Source: Antedon mediterranea (Eukaryota > Animalia > Echinodermata). Taken from it: a stretch of DNA of 64,000 nucleotides. Each line of letters opens with the position of its first letter. Position 1 is the stretch's first letter. The translations under genes were made by a program, and so were the position numbers. The notes below the pieces were generated by a model that was not told the origin of the DNA, ran no database searches, and worked only from the letters and a program-made list of their open reading frames with translations. The stretch covers positions 18,907,648-18,971,647 of the forward strand of contig NC_092673.1 of assembly GCF_964355755.1 (NCBI RefSeq), written 5' to 3'. Shown here piece by piece: positions 63,392 to 64,000 of the stretch.

Positions 63392-64000
63392 GAATGAGTA
63401 GTTTTGTTTTATACTATAGTTGTTTCTAAAAACTGATTATAGATATAGAAAATCATTGAATTATAATTATTATATTATATCATTATTCAAACAATGATTA
63501 TGATTATTAAACAATAATTATAAAAATGCTGAATTTATTACTTAAAATTGGAAATGATTTTGTGTTTTTTCATGAATTTTTATTCATAAATCTTATCTAC
63601 TTAATTTATTTCCTGAAATTGGAAATGATTTTGTGGTGTTTCATGAATTATACTGCAATCATATTCAAATAATGATTATGATTTCAACAATGATTATGAT
63701 GCTAATCTACAGAATTTATTACATTGGAAAATATTGCTGTGTTTTATGAATTTATATTTATTATTCATAATCTTAAAACAACAATTACAATTTCCACAGT
63801 AATCATAAAGTGTTATAATAAATTTATTGATACTGTTTTTCATTTGTATAGATCTTTGAAAAGGTATATCCATGCAAACACGGGCAATACGACTGTGTTC
63901 AGGATCTGTGAAATCAAATCAACGAGGTATCTGCTGTGATGGATGTGACTCATGGTACCACATTAAATGTGCGAATATCTCTATTAAAGAATACAATCGC

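Overview
AT-rich, intron-containing animal DNA, probably an invertebrate deuterostome (inferred only from a Deu-domain-like SINE), so the prokaryote-style ORF track is mostly misleading. The main feature is a tandem pair of paralogous + strand genes. The near-complete copy (41541-63103, 18 coding exons whose splice phases fit by hand, about 1,200 aa) encodes an N-terminal TKL-type kinase, a Roc GTPase, a COR domain, a basic linker and a tandem death-effector-domain (DED)-like pair. This is an unusual ROCO architecture. Only the 3' end of the upstream copy is present (9220-11686). In both copies the intron before the linker/DED exons holds a multi-kb array of the same 88-bp satellite (1-8881 and about 53830-61425). 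The two arrays share one consensus although the DED exons are highly diverged. Between the genes lie a nested transposon stack (foldback element containing a TTAA MITE and a 5'-truncated Penelope retroelement with an inverted pseudo-LTR), a truncated Gypsy element whose gag region begins with a ComEA-like double helix-hairpin-helix, hammerhead-ribozyme motifs, SINEs, LINE fragments and other minisatellites. All calls are by eye; no database searches were run.
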